From Pseudomonadota bacterium (GTDB lineage: Bacteria; Pseudomonadota; Alphaproteobacteria; Rhizobiales; CBDHHC01), in contig JBCCCO010000002.1 of the NCBI GenBank assembly GCA_039033475.1, positions 3,294 through 67,293 of the forward strand: 64,000 nucleotides of DNA, given 5' to 3'. How positions within the stretch are numbered: position 1 is the first letter of the stretch; every line of letters begins with the position of its first letter. The notes under the pieces are model-generated. The model was not told the DNA's origin and did no database searches. It saw nothing but the letters and a program-made list of their open reading frames with translations. Positions 51,714-63,001 of this stretch are shown piece by piece. The translations under genes and the position numbers were made by a program.

Positions 51714-52805
51714 GTGGTACAGAAAATGATGGAAAAAATTAAATCCCCTTACGAGAAACCAGAGCAAATCTTGTCTGATTTGGCAAAACAGCGTATTCTG
51801 ATTATGGATGGTGCTATGGGGACAATGATACAGCGCCATAAACTGAATGAGCAAGATTATCGCGGCGAGCGCTTTGCTGATTGGGCCTCTGACTTGAAAG
51901 GCAATAATGATCTTTTGGTTTTAACGCAGCCAGATATCATTTATGATATTCATAAAAACTATCTTGAAGCTGGCGCTGATATTTTGTGTACCAACACATT
52001 TAATGGCACAAGCATCTCTATGGCTGATTATCATATGGAGGATTTGGCCTATGAAATTAATCATGCCGCCTCTAAATTAGCCAGACAAGCCGCAGATGAG
52101 ATTACGAAAAGCAATCCAGATAAACCGAGGTTTGTTGCTGGGGCCATTGGCCCGACCAACCGCACAGCATCCATTTCACCAGATGTCAATAATCCAGGGT
52201 TCCGCAATGTGACGTTTGACGAATTGGTCACCGCATATGCCGAGCAAACCAAAGGACTGCTTGATGGCGGTGTCGATGCTATTCTTATTGAAACTATTTT
52301 TGATACACTAAATGCGAAAGCTGCAGGTTTTGCTGTATGCCAGGTGTTTGAGGAAATTGGTATCTCGAAACCAATTTTTATTTCCGGAACCATTACAGAT
52401 TTATCAGGGCGGAATTTGTCAGGTCAAACCCCAGAAGCATTTTGGTATTCGATGAGGCATTTAAAACCTTTTTCGATTGGTTTGAATTGCTCGTTTGGAG
52501 CGGAACAATTGCGCCCTGCTGTTGTCGATATTGGCAATGTTGCCAATTGCTTTGTCAGCTGCTATCCAAATGCAGGGCTTCCCAATGAGATGGGAGAATA
52601 TGATGAAACTCCAAAGTATATGGCCGAACAGCTTGAAGAGTGGGCAAAAGCAGGATTGCTCAACATGATTGGTGGGTGTTGTGGTACAACAGAAGTGCAC
52701 ATTGCGGCTATTGCCGATGCTGTCAGCCCATATGCGCCGCGTGAATGCCCTCAAGTTGAGGTTAAGATGAGATTGTCAGGTTTGGAGCCTTTTGTACACG
52801 GATGA
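51714..52805 (+). CDS. metH: methionine synthase, homocysteine-binding (S-methyltransferase) module as a separate ORF
   Basis: 363 aa; [10 protein letters not shown], zinc-ligand GLNC and GGCCGT motifs; ends ...[11 protein letters not shown] at the domain linker; ATG at 51726 is an alternative start. Confidence 0.9.
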   Translation: MVQKMMEKIKSPYEKPEQILSDLAKQRILIMDGAMGTMIQRHKLNEQDYRGERFADWASDLKGNNDLLVLTQPDIIYDIHKNYLEAGADILCTNTFNGTSISMADYHMEDLAYEINHAASKLARQAADEITKSNPDKPRFVAGAIGPTNRTASISPDVNNPGFRNVTFDELVTAYAEQTKGLLDGGVDAILIETIFDTLNAKAAGFAVCQVFEEIGISKPIFISGTITDLSGRNLSGQTPEAFWYSMRHLKPFSIGLNCSFGAEQLRPAVVDIGNVANCFVSCYPNAGLPNEMGEYDETPKYMAEQLEEWAKAGLLNMIGGCCGTTEVHIAAIADAVSPYAPRECPQVEVKMRLSGLEPFVHG

Positions 52806-52837
52806 GTTTTATATAAACGGAACTGGATGTAATTATA

Positions 52838-55516
52838 GTGACCACTGCTGCTACAACATTCATAAATATTGGAGAGCGGACCAATGTAACCGGCTCGGCA
52901 AAATTCCGCAAGCTTATCGAAGCTGGGGATTATGATACGGCTTTGGCTGTTGCGCGCCAGCAAGTAGAAAATGGCGCTCAAATCATCGATATCAATATGG
53001 ATGAAGGGATGCTGGATTCCGAGCAGGCCATGGTCACTTTTCTGAACCTGATAGCCTCTGAACCAGATATTAGCCGCGTTCCGATTATGATCGATTCATC
53101 GAAATGGTCAGTCATTGAAAAGGGATTGAAATGTGTGCAAGGCAAAGGGATTGTTAATTCTATCTCCCTTAAAGAAGGAGAAGAAATTTTTCTTGATCAA
53201 GCCAAACGCGTTCAAAGCTATGGTGCTGCTGCTGTGGTTATGGCTTTTGATGAAGTTGGCCAAGCTGACACGGCTGATCGCAAATATGAGATTTGTGAGC
53301 GGGCTTATAATTTGTTGACGCAAAAGCTCGATTTTTTCCCTGAAGATATTATTTTTGACCCCAATATCTTTGCTGTTGCGACCGGCATTAAGGAGCATAA
53401 TAATTATGGTGTGGATTTTATTGAGGCTTGCAGCCGTATAAAAGCAAACTTGCCTCATGCACATATTTCAGGTGGTGTGTCTAACCTATCGTTTTCATTC
53501 CGGGGCAATAATCTCGTCCGTGAAGCCATGCATTCGGTATTTTTATATTATGCCATACAAGCGGGTATGGATATGGGTATCGTGAATGCGGGCCAGTTGG
53601 CTGTATACGATGATATCCCCTCAGACCTGCGTGATTTGGTTGAAGATGTTATTTTAAATAAAAACTCGGACGCAACGGATAAGTTGCTGGAAGCAGCAGA
53701 GCAATACAAAGGGCAGGGCGGTCAGAAAAGGAAAGTTGATCTGTCCTGGCGGGAAGGTCCTGTTAAAGAGCGGATACAACATGCACTGGTCAATGGCATA
53801 GCTGATTATATCGTTGAGGATACGGAAGAAGCCCGGCAAAGTGTGGAGCGGCCGTTGCATGTGATTGAAGGACCGCTCATGGATGGCATGAACGTGGTGG
53901 GGGATTTATTCGGGGCTGGAAAAATGTTCTTACCTCAAGTGGTCAAATCAGCCCGCGTGATGAAACAGGCCGTTGCCCATTTGATGCCCTACATGGAAAA
54001 AGAGAAAGAAGAGCTAGGCATTGATGATAACTCAAGCAATGGTAAAATCTTACTCGCAACTGTGAAAGGCGACGTTCATGACATTGGTAAAAATATCGTT
54101 GGTGTTGTTTTGCAGTGTAACAACTTTGAAGTTATCGACCTGGGGGTCATGGTGCCGTGTCAGAAAATCCTAGAGACTGCAAAGCAGGAAAAAGTTGACA
54201 TCGTTGGCTTGTCAGGACTGATTACGCCAAGTCTTGATGAGATGTGTTTTGTCGCGGAAGAAATGGAGCGGGAAGGTTTTGATATTCCATTGTTGATTGG
54301 CGGTGCAACCACTAGCCGTATTCATACCGCTGTAAAAATTAATCCAAATTATAATAAGGGCCAAGCCATATATGTTACTGATGCCAGCCGTGCCGTTGGC
54401 GTTGCGTCAAGTTTAATGTCAGATAATAAAGTCACTTATATCGATAACATTCAAAATGATTACGTGAAAATGGCAGAGGCTCATTCACGCGGACGAAGAA
54501 ATAAAAAACGTTTGGCCTTGAGTGATGCACGCGCGAATAAAATAAAAATAGATTGGGAAAATTATACCCCGACAAAGCCATCCTTCACTGGGACCAAAGT
54601 TTTTGCAAGCTATGACCTTGAAGAGTTGGCCCCATACATCGATTGGACACCGTTCTTTTCAACTTGGGAGTTGAATGGCCAGTACCCCCGCATTCTCAAT
54701 GACGATGTGATGGGGGAAGCTGCCCGGGCCCTTTATGACGATGCACAAAAAATGCTGGATCAACTTCTCACAGAAAAGTGGTTGCAGGCCAGGGCAGTCA
54801 TTGGGTTTTGGCCCGCAAATCGTATTGGTGATGACGATATTGCACTTTATACAAATGAAAGTAGAGATGAAAATCTTGCAATGTTCTATACATTGCGCCA
54901 GCAAATTGCGCGGGGACAAAATAAACCCAATATAGCCCTTGCAGATTTTATAGCTCCAGCAGAAACCAAACTTGAAGATTATATTGGCGGATTTGTTGTC
55001 ACCACAGGCATTGGTGAAGAGGAAATTTCCGAGAAGTTTGATAAAGCGAACGATGACTATAATAAAATCATGGTAAAAGCTTTAGCGGATCGTTTGGCTG
55101 AAGCCTTTGCTGAGAGAATACATCAACGGGTCCGTAAAGAGTTTTGGGCGTACAACAGTCAAGAAACACTCTCGTGCGAAGAATTAATTGCTGAAAAGTA
55201 TCCGGGTATTCGTCCTGCACCGGGGTATCCTGCCCAGCCAGACCATACCGAAAAGCAGACCTTGTTTGACATTCTCAATGCTGAGCAAGATGGCGGTGTT
55301 CACTTAACCGAAAGCTATGCCATGTGGCCGGGATCTGCTGTTTCAGGCCTCTATTTTTCCCATCCTGAGAGTTATTATTTCGGTGTTGGTAAAATTGAGC
55401 GTGACCAGATTGAGGATTACGCCAAACGCAAAGGGTGGGATATTGAAACAGCAGAAAAATGGCTTGCCCCAATTTTGAACTACGAGCCCAAAATGTACAA
55501 GACAGAGGCGGCTTAA
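52838..55516 (+). CDS. metH: methionine synthase, pterin-binding + cobalamin-binding + AdoMet-activation modules
   Basis: 892 aa, GTG start; [16 protein letters not shown]12 motif [10 protein letters not shown]-terminal reactivation domain. Confidence 0.92.
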   Translation: MTTAATTFINIGERTNVTGSAKFRKLIEAGDYDTALAVARQQVENGAQIIDINMDEGMLDSEQAMVTFLNLIASEPDISRVPIMIDSSKWSVIEKGLKCVQGKGIVNSISLKEGEEIFLDQAKRVQSYGAAAVVMAFDEVGQADTADRKYEICERAYNLLTQKLDFFPEDIIFDPNIFAVATGIKEHNNYGVDFIEACSRIKANLPHAHISGGVSNLSFSFRGNNLVREAMHSVFLYYAIQAGMDMGIVNAGQLAVYDDIPSDLRDLVEDVILNKNSDATDKLLEAAEQYKGQGGQKRKVDLSWREGPVKERIQHALVNGIADYIVEDTEEARQSVERPLHVIEGPLMDGMNVVGDLFGAGKMFLPQVVKSARVMKQAVAHLMPYMEKEKEELGIDDNSSNGKILLATVKGDVHDIGKNIVGVVLQCNNFEVIDLGVMVPCQKILETAKQEKVDIVGLSGLITPSLDEMCFVAEEMEREGFDIPLLIGGATTSRIHTAVKINPNYNKGQAIYVTDASRAVGVASSLMSDNKVTYIDNIQNDYVKMAEAHSRGRRNKKRLALSDARANKIKIDWENYTPTKPSFTGTKVFASYDLEELAPYIDWTPFFSTWELNGQYPRILNDDVMGEAARALYDDAQKMLDQLLTEKWLQARAVIGFWPANRIGDDDIALYTNESRDENLAMFYTLRQQIARGQNKPNIALADFIAPAETKLEDYIGGFVVTTGIGEEEISEKFDKANDDYNKIMVKALADRLAEAFAERIHQRVRKEFWAYNSQETLSCEELIAEKYPGIRPAPGYPAQPDHTEKQTLFDILNAEQDGGVHLTESYAMWPGSAVSGLYFSHPESYYFGVGKIERDQIEDYAKRKGWDIETAEKWLAPILNYEPKMYKTEAA

Positions 55517-56232
55517 ACGTTTTCTGATACCGTTTGGTTTTGCTTTGGTTCAAACAAATATTCAAATGCAAACGTCATAAAACTCAAAGAATTGGCTGTT
55601 ATAAAAACAGCGCCTATTACGGATGCTGGTATTGCCAAGATACCAAAACTCAAAACAGAGATAGCCGCAGCACCAAAAACGACAGGCAACGTGCAGGCAA
55701 TGTATCCTGCCAAAATGGCAAGGGTATTGTGAGCCGTCTTAGACCAGATGTGTGCAAAAGGAAATCCAGGCCAACCAAATGCTTTTCCAGGCAATCCGAG
55801 AGACAAGCGCATCACAATAATATAAATCAGCAATGCTAACACGAGGTATAGGCCTGCAGTGACAGATGTTCTCTCCAAAACAAATGTAAAAATCACCATA
55901 AGTATGAGAGAGGGAAGCGCGAGCACAAAGGCAAAGCCAAAATAATTTAAAGCAAGCGCGTCGGTGCGAAGATAAAAGCTAGAGGTCACTGTTTCATTTG
56001 CAATAATTTTTTTGTGCCACGCAATGCTAATGGATGCCACAGCAAAAATATTGATTGTTGTGAAAATCACAAACGCAACGATATTGTTCAAACCCAGAAA
56101 CAAAGCATTATTGAGTATGATAATGACCAATCCCACCCAGGAAATCTGTAGAAAATACAAGAAATTATAAAAGCTAAAATGATATGATTTGCGAATGAGC
56201 TTTTCTAAAGGGATCCTTCTAGAGGAAGACAT
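55513..56232 (-). CDS. hypothetical polytopic membrane protein
   Basis: 239 aa, ~6 hydrophobic spans; no motif recognised. Confidence 0.55.
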   Translation of the reverse strand: MSSSRRIPLEKLIRKSYHFSFYNFLYFLQISWVGLVIIILNNALFLGLNNIVAFVIFTTINIFAVASISIAWHKKIIANETVTSSFYLRTDALALNYFGFAFVLALPSLILMVIFTFVLERTSVTAGLYLVLALLIYIIVMRLSLGLPGKAFGWPGFPFAHIWSKTAHNTLAILAGYIACTLPVVFGAAAISVLSFGILAIPASVIGAVFITANSLSFMTFAFEYLFEPKQNQTVSENV

Positions 56233-56328
56233 AATTGGAACCTATGCTTGTCTGTGCTATTCTCAAAAATATATTTTTATCAAATATTTCATTTGTTTTC
56301 ATAACGTATTTTTTTAAAAGGTATTCAG

Positions 56329-56685
56329 ATGATCAAACAAAAATGCTTTTGCTTGATTGGGTGTTCTATTGCCACCTTGTTTTTATCTCTAAGTAGCGCA
56401 GATGCCAAGCGTCAATGTGGTACTGCTTCATGGTATAGCTTAATCGGTCGCAAAACAGCAAGCGGTGAAATCAGACGTAGAGGTGTTTTAACCGGAGCAC
56501 ACAGAACATTGCGATTTGGCACGCGTGTGACTGTAAGAAACATGCGTAATAATCGTACGGTTAGAATTCGAATAAATGATCGCGGTCCATTTATTCGGGG
56601 GCGAATCGTTGATGTGAGTAAGGCGGCTGCAAGACGGTTGGGCTTTGTATCTCGAGGTACCACACGCGTTTGCATTACGTATTAA
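56329..56685 (+). CDS. RlpA-like double-psi beta-barrel (DPBB) protein
   Basis: 118 aa; signal peptide, GTASWYS...TASGE...AH.TL.FGT.V.V.N..N...V.IRINDRGPF..GRIVDVS.AAA..LG. Confidence 0.8.
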   Translation: MIKQKCFCLIGCSIATLFLSLSSADAKRQCGTASWYSLIGRKTASGEIRRRGVLTGAHRTLRFGTRVTVRNMRNNRTVRIRINDRGPFIRGRIVDVSKAAARRLGFVSRGTTRVCITY

Positions 56686-56702
56686 GGTCAATTCCAATTA
56701 TG

Positions 56703-56805
56703 AATAAGAAAGTAGAGTTTTAAATATTAAAACCAGCCACCGTCATTCCCGCGAAAGCTGGGATCTCTGTGAACTTTTTGAGATCCCAGCTTTCGCTGGG
56801 ATGAC
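56703..56805. repeat. Full palindromic element (arm, two facing cores 12 bp apart)
   Basis: CCACCGTCATTCCCGCGAAAGCTGGGATCTC (56737-56767) and GAGATCCCAGCTTTCGCTGGGATGAC (56780-56805). Confidence 0.85.
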
Positions 56806-56951
56806 ATACTCAGAATGTCTTGGAGAAAATAAATCATTCTAAATCAGATACTCTAAAATATATCTATAACTGGGGTTAAATAGCATGTCTTAGTTGCATG
56901 TGAGCAGAGAGTATGGCAGACAACATAGATTAAAAACCTAGGAGCGGCGAT

Positions 56952-57332
56952 ATGTTTCTCGGTATACTCATACTGATTTTTCTCCAAGCAGCAGGTGGAT
57001 TATGGCTTGGTCAATCCATACTTCGCGTTTTTGAAGAGCGTGGAATAATACTGAGCAATGAAATTTTGTTTGTGATTTTATTTGCGGTATTCGTCTCTAT
57101 TATCATATGGAGTATCGGGGTCTTAGGCGCCGAGATATTGCAAGGCGTGACAAAACCAACAAAGAATACGCTGGTTAGCGCATTGTTTGTTTCTGCCATT
57201 GTTATTGCCCTTATTAAGATCCCGCTTTTTCAGCAATACATAGATCCATTCCGTAATGAGTTCGTTCCAGGACTATTTGATATTCACCTAATTACAGCAG
57301 GCTCGGTCCTCGGGTATTATCTCACCAAATAA
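56952..57332 (+). CDS. hypothetical small membrane protein
   Basis: 126 aa with ~4 hydrophobic spans; no motif recognised. Confidence 0.45.
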   Translation: MFLGILILIFLQAAGGLWLGQSILRVFEERGIILSNEILFVILFAVFVSIIIWSIGVLGAEILQGVTKPTKNTLVSALFVSAIVIALIKIPLFQQYIDPFRNEFVPGLFDIHLITAGSVLGYYLTK

Positions 57333-57491
57333 ATAACGCTTTAAAACAAACCTCAGTTATGCTGTGCTGTTTGAGTATCAGTGTTATATATCAACCACAA
57401 TGCTTCATATAAAACATAGACGTATTGAAAAATATCCGATACACAACAATGATAAATAATATGTGATTTATAATAAGAATAGGCCTTTATA

Positions 57492-59807
57492 ATGGGCGTA
57501 GGATTCGGTCTTGAAAAAATAGGACAATTCGCGATTCGCGCTCCTTGGGTCGCTGCGCTTCTTATTGCTTTTGTATGTGCAATAAATATCATTGGTGTTC
57601 AGCGCATCAATGTTGATGATTCCCTAACTGAATTGTTCCGTGCCAACACAGAAGATTTTAAACGCTTTGAGGTTATGGCACAGCGTTTCCCATCCAGTGA
57701 ATATGATGTTCTTGCCGTTATAGAGGGCCCCTTCTTGCAGGACCCTAAAGCGTTAGAAGCTATGCGGGAGATGGCAGTTGAGCTTAATTTTGTTGATGGA
57801 ATAAACGGCATTATTTCCCTCTTTTCTGCACGAGAGCCCCCCAATGACCAGGGATACCCGCCTCCTGTTGTGCCAGATGTTCTGCCAACGGGGGATGAAT
57901 TTAAGGCTCTGACAGATAGAATCCTGAAGAACGAGATTATTAGCGGCAAGCTACTCTCTAACGATGGCCAGCTTGCACTCATCGTCATGGCCCTTGACCG
58001 TAAAGCTGTCGAGAAGTTGGGCTTGCGAAATGTCATTGGACAAATTCAAAGCGCTTTGGACAGCCAGGTTGGAAATTCGGGTCTGAAGGTGAGTTTATCT
58101 GGTGCGCCTGTAATGCAGCTTGAAATTCGCAATGCAGTGCAAAATGACCGGATTATATACAACGGTCTTGGCTTTATTTTAGGGGCAATCATATGCCTGA
58201 TTTTTTTCCGCCGATTTTCTTTGATGTTTATTACAATTGCGGCACCTGCTTCAGCCATTCTATGGTCCTTGGGGATGTTAGGGTTTTTAGAATTCCGGCT
58301 TAATTTGTTCCTCAATATTATTACACCCTTGATCATGGTGATTGCGTTTTCAGATGCAATGCATATGGTTTTTGCGATACGTCGTCGTATGATTGAAGGA
58401 GATGATCGTTTTAAAGCCACCGCCTATGCTATCGCGCAGGTCGGTCCGGCTTGCGTCTTAACCTCGTTAACAACAGCGCTGGCTTTGTTCTCACTCTATT
58501 TAGCTGAATCTGCATTGATTAAAACATTTGCCATTGTCGGTGGTTTGGCGGCAATTATGGCCTTTCTTGCGGTCATTATTGTGGTCCCAACCTTATCAGT
58601 ATTGCTGTTGCGCGGTGAAAAAGATTTTGCCAACAGTTTAAAGAAATCTGATAAAGCGATGTCTTATTTGCGTAAAGCATCCGATGTTATAGGTGAGCAT
58701 GTGGTGCGCATGCCATTCCTCTATTCCTTTTTGGCAATGCTTAGCGTTGTAATATTCACTTATGCCCATGTTTCACTTGAGCCGCGCTATCGGTTGCAAG
58801 ATCAAGTGCCAGATCGGGAGCAGGCTATGAAAGCCTCGGACCGTCTTGACAAAAAACTGACAGGGGCAAGTCCTGTCCATGTTATGATTGAATGGGATAA
58901 AACAAAAAAATCATTATACGATGAAGATGTGCTTGCTGTTATCGGCGCGGTTCACAATGAGGTTGAACAGACGGCAGGTGTTGGCAATGTTTGGTCTGTT
59001 GAAATGTTACGACGCTGGCTGCAAAAAATTGGCCAAAATGATATTGCAACACTGAAAAGCTATATGGAAATCTTGCCGGAGCATCTCGTCAGGCGGTTTA
59101 TTGCCCAAGAGCAAAATACTATTGTTGTGACAGGACGAGTGCCTGATATTGACGCGAGTGAGCTGCTTCCTGTTATTCAGAAAATGGAACAGGCCATCGC
59201 CCCTATTCAGGCAAGAAGTCCAGAGTTCACTATTTCGGTGACAGGTCTTGCCTCTGTTGCTGCCCGCAACAGTAATGCTATGATTACACAACTCAATTAT
59301 GGTTTGCTTTCCACTGTATGTGTTGTGGTTTTTATGATGGGGTTTGCATTTCGATCTGTGTTTGCTGGGATTGTCAGTTTCTTACCCAATCTTTTCCCGG
59401 TGGTTGCAGCGGGCGCTGTGCTTTATGCAACAGGCAACGGTTTACAGTTTGCCAGTGTTGTTGCGTTAACGGTGGCTTTCGGATTGGCTGTCGATGACAC
59501 AGTTCATTATTTGCACCGCCTACATTTGGAAGACGACCGTCATGGCAAAACGATGGAAAGCCTATTGCGCACTATGGATGTGATTGGTCCGGTCCTAATC
59601 CTCACAACATTTGTTTTAATCCTTGGATTGGCTGTCACGATTTTCTCAGGATTACCATCTCTTCGCCTCTTTGGGTGGCTTAGCGCGGCCACGCTCATTG
59701 CGGCACTTATCGGCGTTCTGGTATTTTTGCCTGCTCTGGTTGCTTCAATTCGAAAAATAACTTTGCCAAAGAAAGTGGAAACTCAAGAAGCTATAGAGCA
59801 AACGTAA
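57492..59807 (+). CDS. RND/MMPL-superfamily exporter (COG1033-like)
   Basis: 771 aa; two blocks of ~5-6 TM helices each preceded by a soluble loop, internal duplication typical of MMPL/HpnN-type RND proteins. Confidence 0.7.
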   Translation: MGVGFGLEKIGQFAIRAPWVAALLIAFVCAINIIGVQRINVDDSLTELFRANTEDFKRFEVMAQRFPSSEYDVLAVIEGPFLQDPKALEAMREMAVELNFVDGINGIISLFSAREPPNDQGYPPPVVPDVLPTGDEFKALTDRILKNEIISGKLLSNDGQLALIVMALDRKAVEKLGLRNVIGQIQSALDSQVGNSGLKVSLSGAPVMQLEIRNAVQNDRIIYNGLGFILGAIICLIFFRRFSLMFITIAAPASAILWSLGMLGFLEFRLNLFLNIITPLIMVIAFSDAMHMVFAIRRRMIEGDDRFKATAYAIAQVGPACVLTSLTTALALFSLYLAESALIKTFAIVGGLAAIMAFLAVIIVVPTLSVLLLRGEKDFANSLKKSDKAMSYLRKASDVIGEHVVRMPFLYSFLAMLSVVIFTYAHVSLEPRYRLQDQVPDREQAMKASDRLDKKLTGASPVHVMIEWDKTKKSLYDEDVLAVIGAVHNEVEQTAGVGNVWSVEMLRRWLQKIGQNDIATLKSYMEILPEHLVRRFIAQEQNTIVVTGRVPDIDASELLPVIQKMEQAIAPIQARSPEFTISVTGLASVAARNSNAMITQLNYGLLSTVCVVVFMMGFAFRSVFAGIVSFLPNLFPVVAAGAVLYATGNGLQFASVVALTVAFGLAVDDTVHYLHRLHLEDDRHGKTMESLLRTMDVIGPVLILTTFVLILGLAVTIFSGLPSLRLFGWLSAATLIAALIGVLVFLPALVASIRKITLPKKVETQEAIEQT

Positions 59808-59826
59808 CATTAAGAATCTAACATTT

Positions 59827-59867
59827 AAAAAAAATGCTGCAGCCATTTATCGCTAAGACTGCAGCAT
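59827..59867 (-). terminator. Rho-independent terminator of the fasciclin gene
   Basis: ATGCTGCAG / CTGCAGCAT 9-bp stem followed on the minus strand by UUUUUUU. Confidence 0.7.
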
Positions 59868-59895
59868 AGAGACACTACATTTTATAAAATTAAAG

Positions 59896-60399
59896 TTATG
59901 GCAAAATCACAGTGTCAATAACGTGTATAACTCCATTCTTGGTGATGATATCAGCTTTAACAACAGTGGCATTGCCAACCTTTACGCCATCTGTTGCATC
60001 AACTTCAACTTCTGACCCTTCAACAGTTTTAACGCTTTGCTTTTTTCCTTTGATATCAGCTGATTTAATTTTACCCGGCACAACATGATACGTTAAAATT
60101 TTCACCAACTTTTCTTTGTTTTCAGGCTTTACAAGGTCTTCAACGGTTCCTGCGGGTAATTTTTTGAAAGCTTCATCTGTTGGCGCAAAAACAGTGAAAG
60201 GTCCTTCACCTTTCAGAGTGTCTACCAAGTCAGCAGCCTTAACAGCAGCTACAAGGGTCTTGAATGTTCCTGCGGCAACAGCAGTATCAACGATGTCTTT
60301 TTTCTCGCTTTTTAAGTGTCCGCCAGCAAGAGCAGCTTGAATACTGCCGGCAACAAAGAATATTGCAAATACAGAGGTAATTGTTTTGAGCATGTTCAT
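59896..60399 (-). CDS. fasciclin (FAS1) domain protein, secreted
   Basis: 167 aa; signal peptide; [18 protein letters not shown] and [13 protein letters not shown]1 motifs. Confidence 0.9.
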   Translation of the reverse strand: MNMLKTITSVFAIFFVAGSIQAALAGGHLKSEKKDIVDTAVAAGTFKTLVAAVKAADLVDTLKGEGPFTVFAPTDEAFKKLPAGTVEDLVKPENKEKLVKILTYHVVPGKIKSADIKGKKQSVKTVEGSEVEVDATDGVKVGNATVVKADIITKNGVIHVIDTVILP

Positions 60400-60623
60400 G
60401 ATTTTTCCTTTTAAAATATCAAACAGGTAACAGAAGAACGGGTTTAGCTTTGGAAAGGATCAATTTTTAAACTCAAATTTTTATGGAATTTTTTCATGAA
60501 AAAAGTGATCTAATTTCAATCACCTTGAATTCTCCTGAGAGAATAAAAATTACGGTTGGTCTTAAAAGTAATCTGGTATAAGGATCATACGATAAAATCA
60601 AAAAACATGTTGAGCAAAATAAG

Positions 60624-61970
60624 ATGTACTCTGTTGCAATCATTGGCCGTCCAAACGTAGGTAAATCAACGTTATTTAACCGCCTTACTGGGCGGCGCTT
60701 GGCGCTCGTTGATGCTACCCCTGGGTTAACGAGGGACCGCCGCGAAGCAGAGGCAGAGTTTGGGGCCCATACCATTCGTCTGATTGATACTGCTGGTTTG
60801 GAAGAAGCACAAGAGCATTCCATTGAACAGCGTATGCGCGAGCAAACCGAACTTGCGATTACAGAAGCGGATTTAATTCTTTTTGTGATTGATGCACGCG
60901 CAGGTGTTATATCAGCGGATAAATCTTTTGCAGAATTGGTGCGTTCTTCAGGAAAGCCGGTTCTGGTTTTGGCTAATAAGTGTGAAGGCCGTGCCGGGGA
61001 GTCTGGTTTTTATGAAGCCTTTAATTTGGGGTTGGGCGAGCCAATTGCCATATCTGCCGATCACGGTGAAGGAACTGGTGAGTTATATAGTGCCCTGGAT
61101 CAAAACATTCTGGCGTGGCAATCAGAGCTGGTAGAAAATGCCGACAATGAAGATAGTACAGCGCGCGATATGCGTATTGCAATCGTGGGGCGACCCAATG
61201 CTGGAAAATCCACTCTCATTAATTCCTTGCTTGGTGAGGAGCGTATGATTACCGGGCCAGAAGCAGGGTTGACTAGAGATTCAGTATCAGTGCCATTTCT
61301 TTGGGAAGAAAAGCAGGTCCGTCTGTTCGATACCGCAGGCTTAAGAAAAAAAGCGCGGGTCAAAGAGCGTGCTGAGAAACTTTCTGTGACAGATGCGTTG
61401 CGTGCTATTCGTTTTGCAGAAGTTGTGGTGTTGTTGCTTGATGCGACACATCCCTTTGAAAAGCAGGATTTGCAAATTGCAGATTTGGTTGAAACAGAAG
61501 GTCGCGCTCTTGTGATTGCACTTAACAAATGGGATATGGTTGAAGATAAACAAAATTATTTGCGTGAATTAAAGTTAGAAGTTGAAAGACTGTTACCGCA
61601 AATTAAAGGCATTCAGCTGATTCCCATGTCAGCAGAAAAGAAAACAGGTCTTTCAAACTTAATGAAATGTGTTTTTAAAACCTATGAGATGTGGAATAGG
61701 CGTGTGCCTACAGCCCAACTGAATCGTTTTTTGAATGATGCGTTGGCGAGGCATACACCCCCTGCGGTCAGTGGTCGGCGCATTAGATTAAGATACATGA
61801 CGCAAGCTAACGCTCGCCCGCCAACATTTGTTGTTTTTTGCTCTAAGCCAACGGATTTACCAACGTCGTACAGCAGGTATTTGGTTAACAGCATACGCGA
61901 AGAATTTGATATGCCAGGTATTCCCATTCGTTTAAACATGCGAAAAGGAAAAAATCCTTATGATGATTAG
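60624..61970 (+). CDS. der: ribosome biogenesis GTPase Der (EngA)
   Basis: 448 aa; two GTPase domains (GRPNVGKST and GRPNAGKST, DTAG x2, NKxD x2) plus a KH-like C-terminus. Confidence 0.95.
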   Translation: MYSVAIIGRPNVGKSTLFNRLTGRRLALVDATPGLTRDRREAEAEFGAHTIRLIDTAGLEEAQEHSIEQRMREQTELAITEADLILFVIDARAGVISADKSFAELVRSSGKPVLVLANKCEGRAGESGFYEAFNLGLGEPIAISADHGEGTGELYSALDQNILAWQSELVENADNEDSTARDMRIAIVGRPNAGKSTLINSLLGEERMITGPEAGLTRDSVSVPFLWEEKQVRLFDTAGLRKKARVKERAEKLSVTDALRAIRFAEVVVLLLDATHPFEKQDLQIADLVETEGRALVIALNKWDMVEDKQNYLRELKLEVERLLPQIKGIQLIPMSAEKKTGLSNLMKCVFKTYEMWNRRVPTAQLNRFLNDALARHTPPAVSGRRIRLRYMTQANARPPTFVVFCSKPTDLPTSYSRYLVNSIREEFDMPGIPIRLNMRKGKNPYDD

Positions 61971-61981
61971 AGTAGATTGTA

Positions 61982-62587
61982 TTACATCAGCTTTCGTGAT
62001 TTTATAGCAGCAGCAAGCGTGCCTTCATCAAGGTAATCTAACTCCCCGCCGACAGGAACACCATGGGCCAAACGAGAAACTTTTACATTGGTTTGCTCTA
62101 ATAGCTCGGTGATGTAATGTGCGGTGGATTGCCCCTCAACAGTAGCGTTAAGGGCAAGCAAGATTTCTTGAACACCATCGTGACTAGCCCGTTCAATGAG
62201 TTTTGCAATATTCAAATCATCTGGCCCGCGTCCATCAAGAGGGGAAAGTGTTCCCCCTAAAACGTGATAGCGTGCATTCATCACAGCAGCTCGTTCCAAG
62301 GCCCATAGGTCTGCAATATCTTCTACCACGCAAATCATGCTGGTATCACGGCGTTGGTCTTGGCAAATCATGCATGGATTAACTGTATCTATGTTGCCGC
62401 ATATCTCGCATACACTGACCTTTGCCATCACCTCTACCATGGCATCAGCGAGCGGACCAAGCAGGTCCTGCTTTTTTTTAACAAGGTGGAGTGCAGCCCG
62501 GCGTGCAGAGCGTGGGCCTAAGCCCGGCATCCGCCCCAAAAATTGAATCAGCCGTTCAATTTCAGGGCCTGAAACTTTCCTGCTCAT
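61982..62587 (-). CDS. recR: recombination protein RecR
   Basis: 201 aa; HhH, C4 zinc finger CEICGN...CMIC, Toprim region. Confidence 0.95.
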   Translation of the reverse strand: MSRKVSGPEIERLIQFLGRMPGLGPRSARRAALHLVKKKQDLLGPLADAMVEVMAKVSVCEICGNIDTVNPCMICQDQRRDTSMICVVEDIADLWALERAAVMNARYHVLGGTLSPLDGRGPDDLNIAKLIERASHDGVQEILLALNATVEGQSTAHYITELLEQTNVKVSRLAHGVPVGGELDYLDEGTLAAAIKSRKLM

Positions 62588-62651
62588 AGTTTAAGGCCTA
62601 AGAAAAAAGTGAATTAAAATCCATAATAAAAAATGGGATATAGAAGTGAAG

Positions 62652-62972
62652 CTAAAACAACTTCATGCCAGGAGGTAATTGTAATCCGCCTGTGATATCT
62701 TTCATTTTTTCTTGCATTGTGCTTTCAGTTTTTGTTTTTGCATCATTGTGAGCAGCAACCAGAAGGTCTTCTAAGATTTCTACTTCATCTGCTTTTAATA
62801 ATGATGGGTCAATCTTAACGCCTTTCATGTTGCCCTTGCCAGTAAGGGTGACGCTAACCAAACCCGCGCCAGATGTGCCGGTGATTTCGATTTGTTCCAG
62901 CTCTTCTTGCATTTGCGCCATGCGCTGTTGCATTTCTTGCGCTTGTTTCATCATTCCCATAATGTTTTTCAT
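62652..62972 (-). CDS. ybaB: YbaB/EbfC family nucleoid-associated protein
   Basis: 106 aa; MMKQAQEMQQRMAQMQEEL ... GGLQLPPGMKLF; between dnaX and recR. Confidence 0.93.
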   Translation of the reverse strand: MKNIMGMMKQAQEMQQRMAQMQEELEQIEITGTSGAGLVSVTLTGKGNMKGVKIDPSLLKADEVEILEDLLVAAHNDAKTKTESTMQEKMKDITGGLQLPPGMKLF

Positions 62973-63001
62973 CGTAGCTTTGTCCTTTTATTAAAATAGA
63001 C

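Noticed and set aside
51024-51854. 276-aa ORF on the minus strand, antisense to metF and the start of metH
   Set aside because: It lies entirely within two strongly supported plus-strand genes. The translation is Cys/Phe/His-rich and low-complexity, with no motif. This is typical of a shadow ORF.
1267-56805. Whether the GTCATTCC...GGAATCT repeats could be a CRISPR array
   Set aside because: The copies are dispersed over 55 kb in separate intergenic regions. They occur in both orientations with irregular spacing of 12-100 bp when paired. There are no cas genes.
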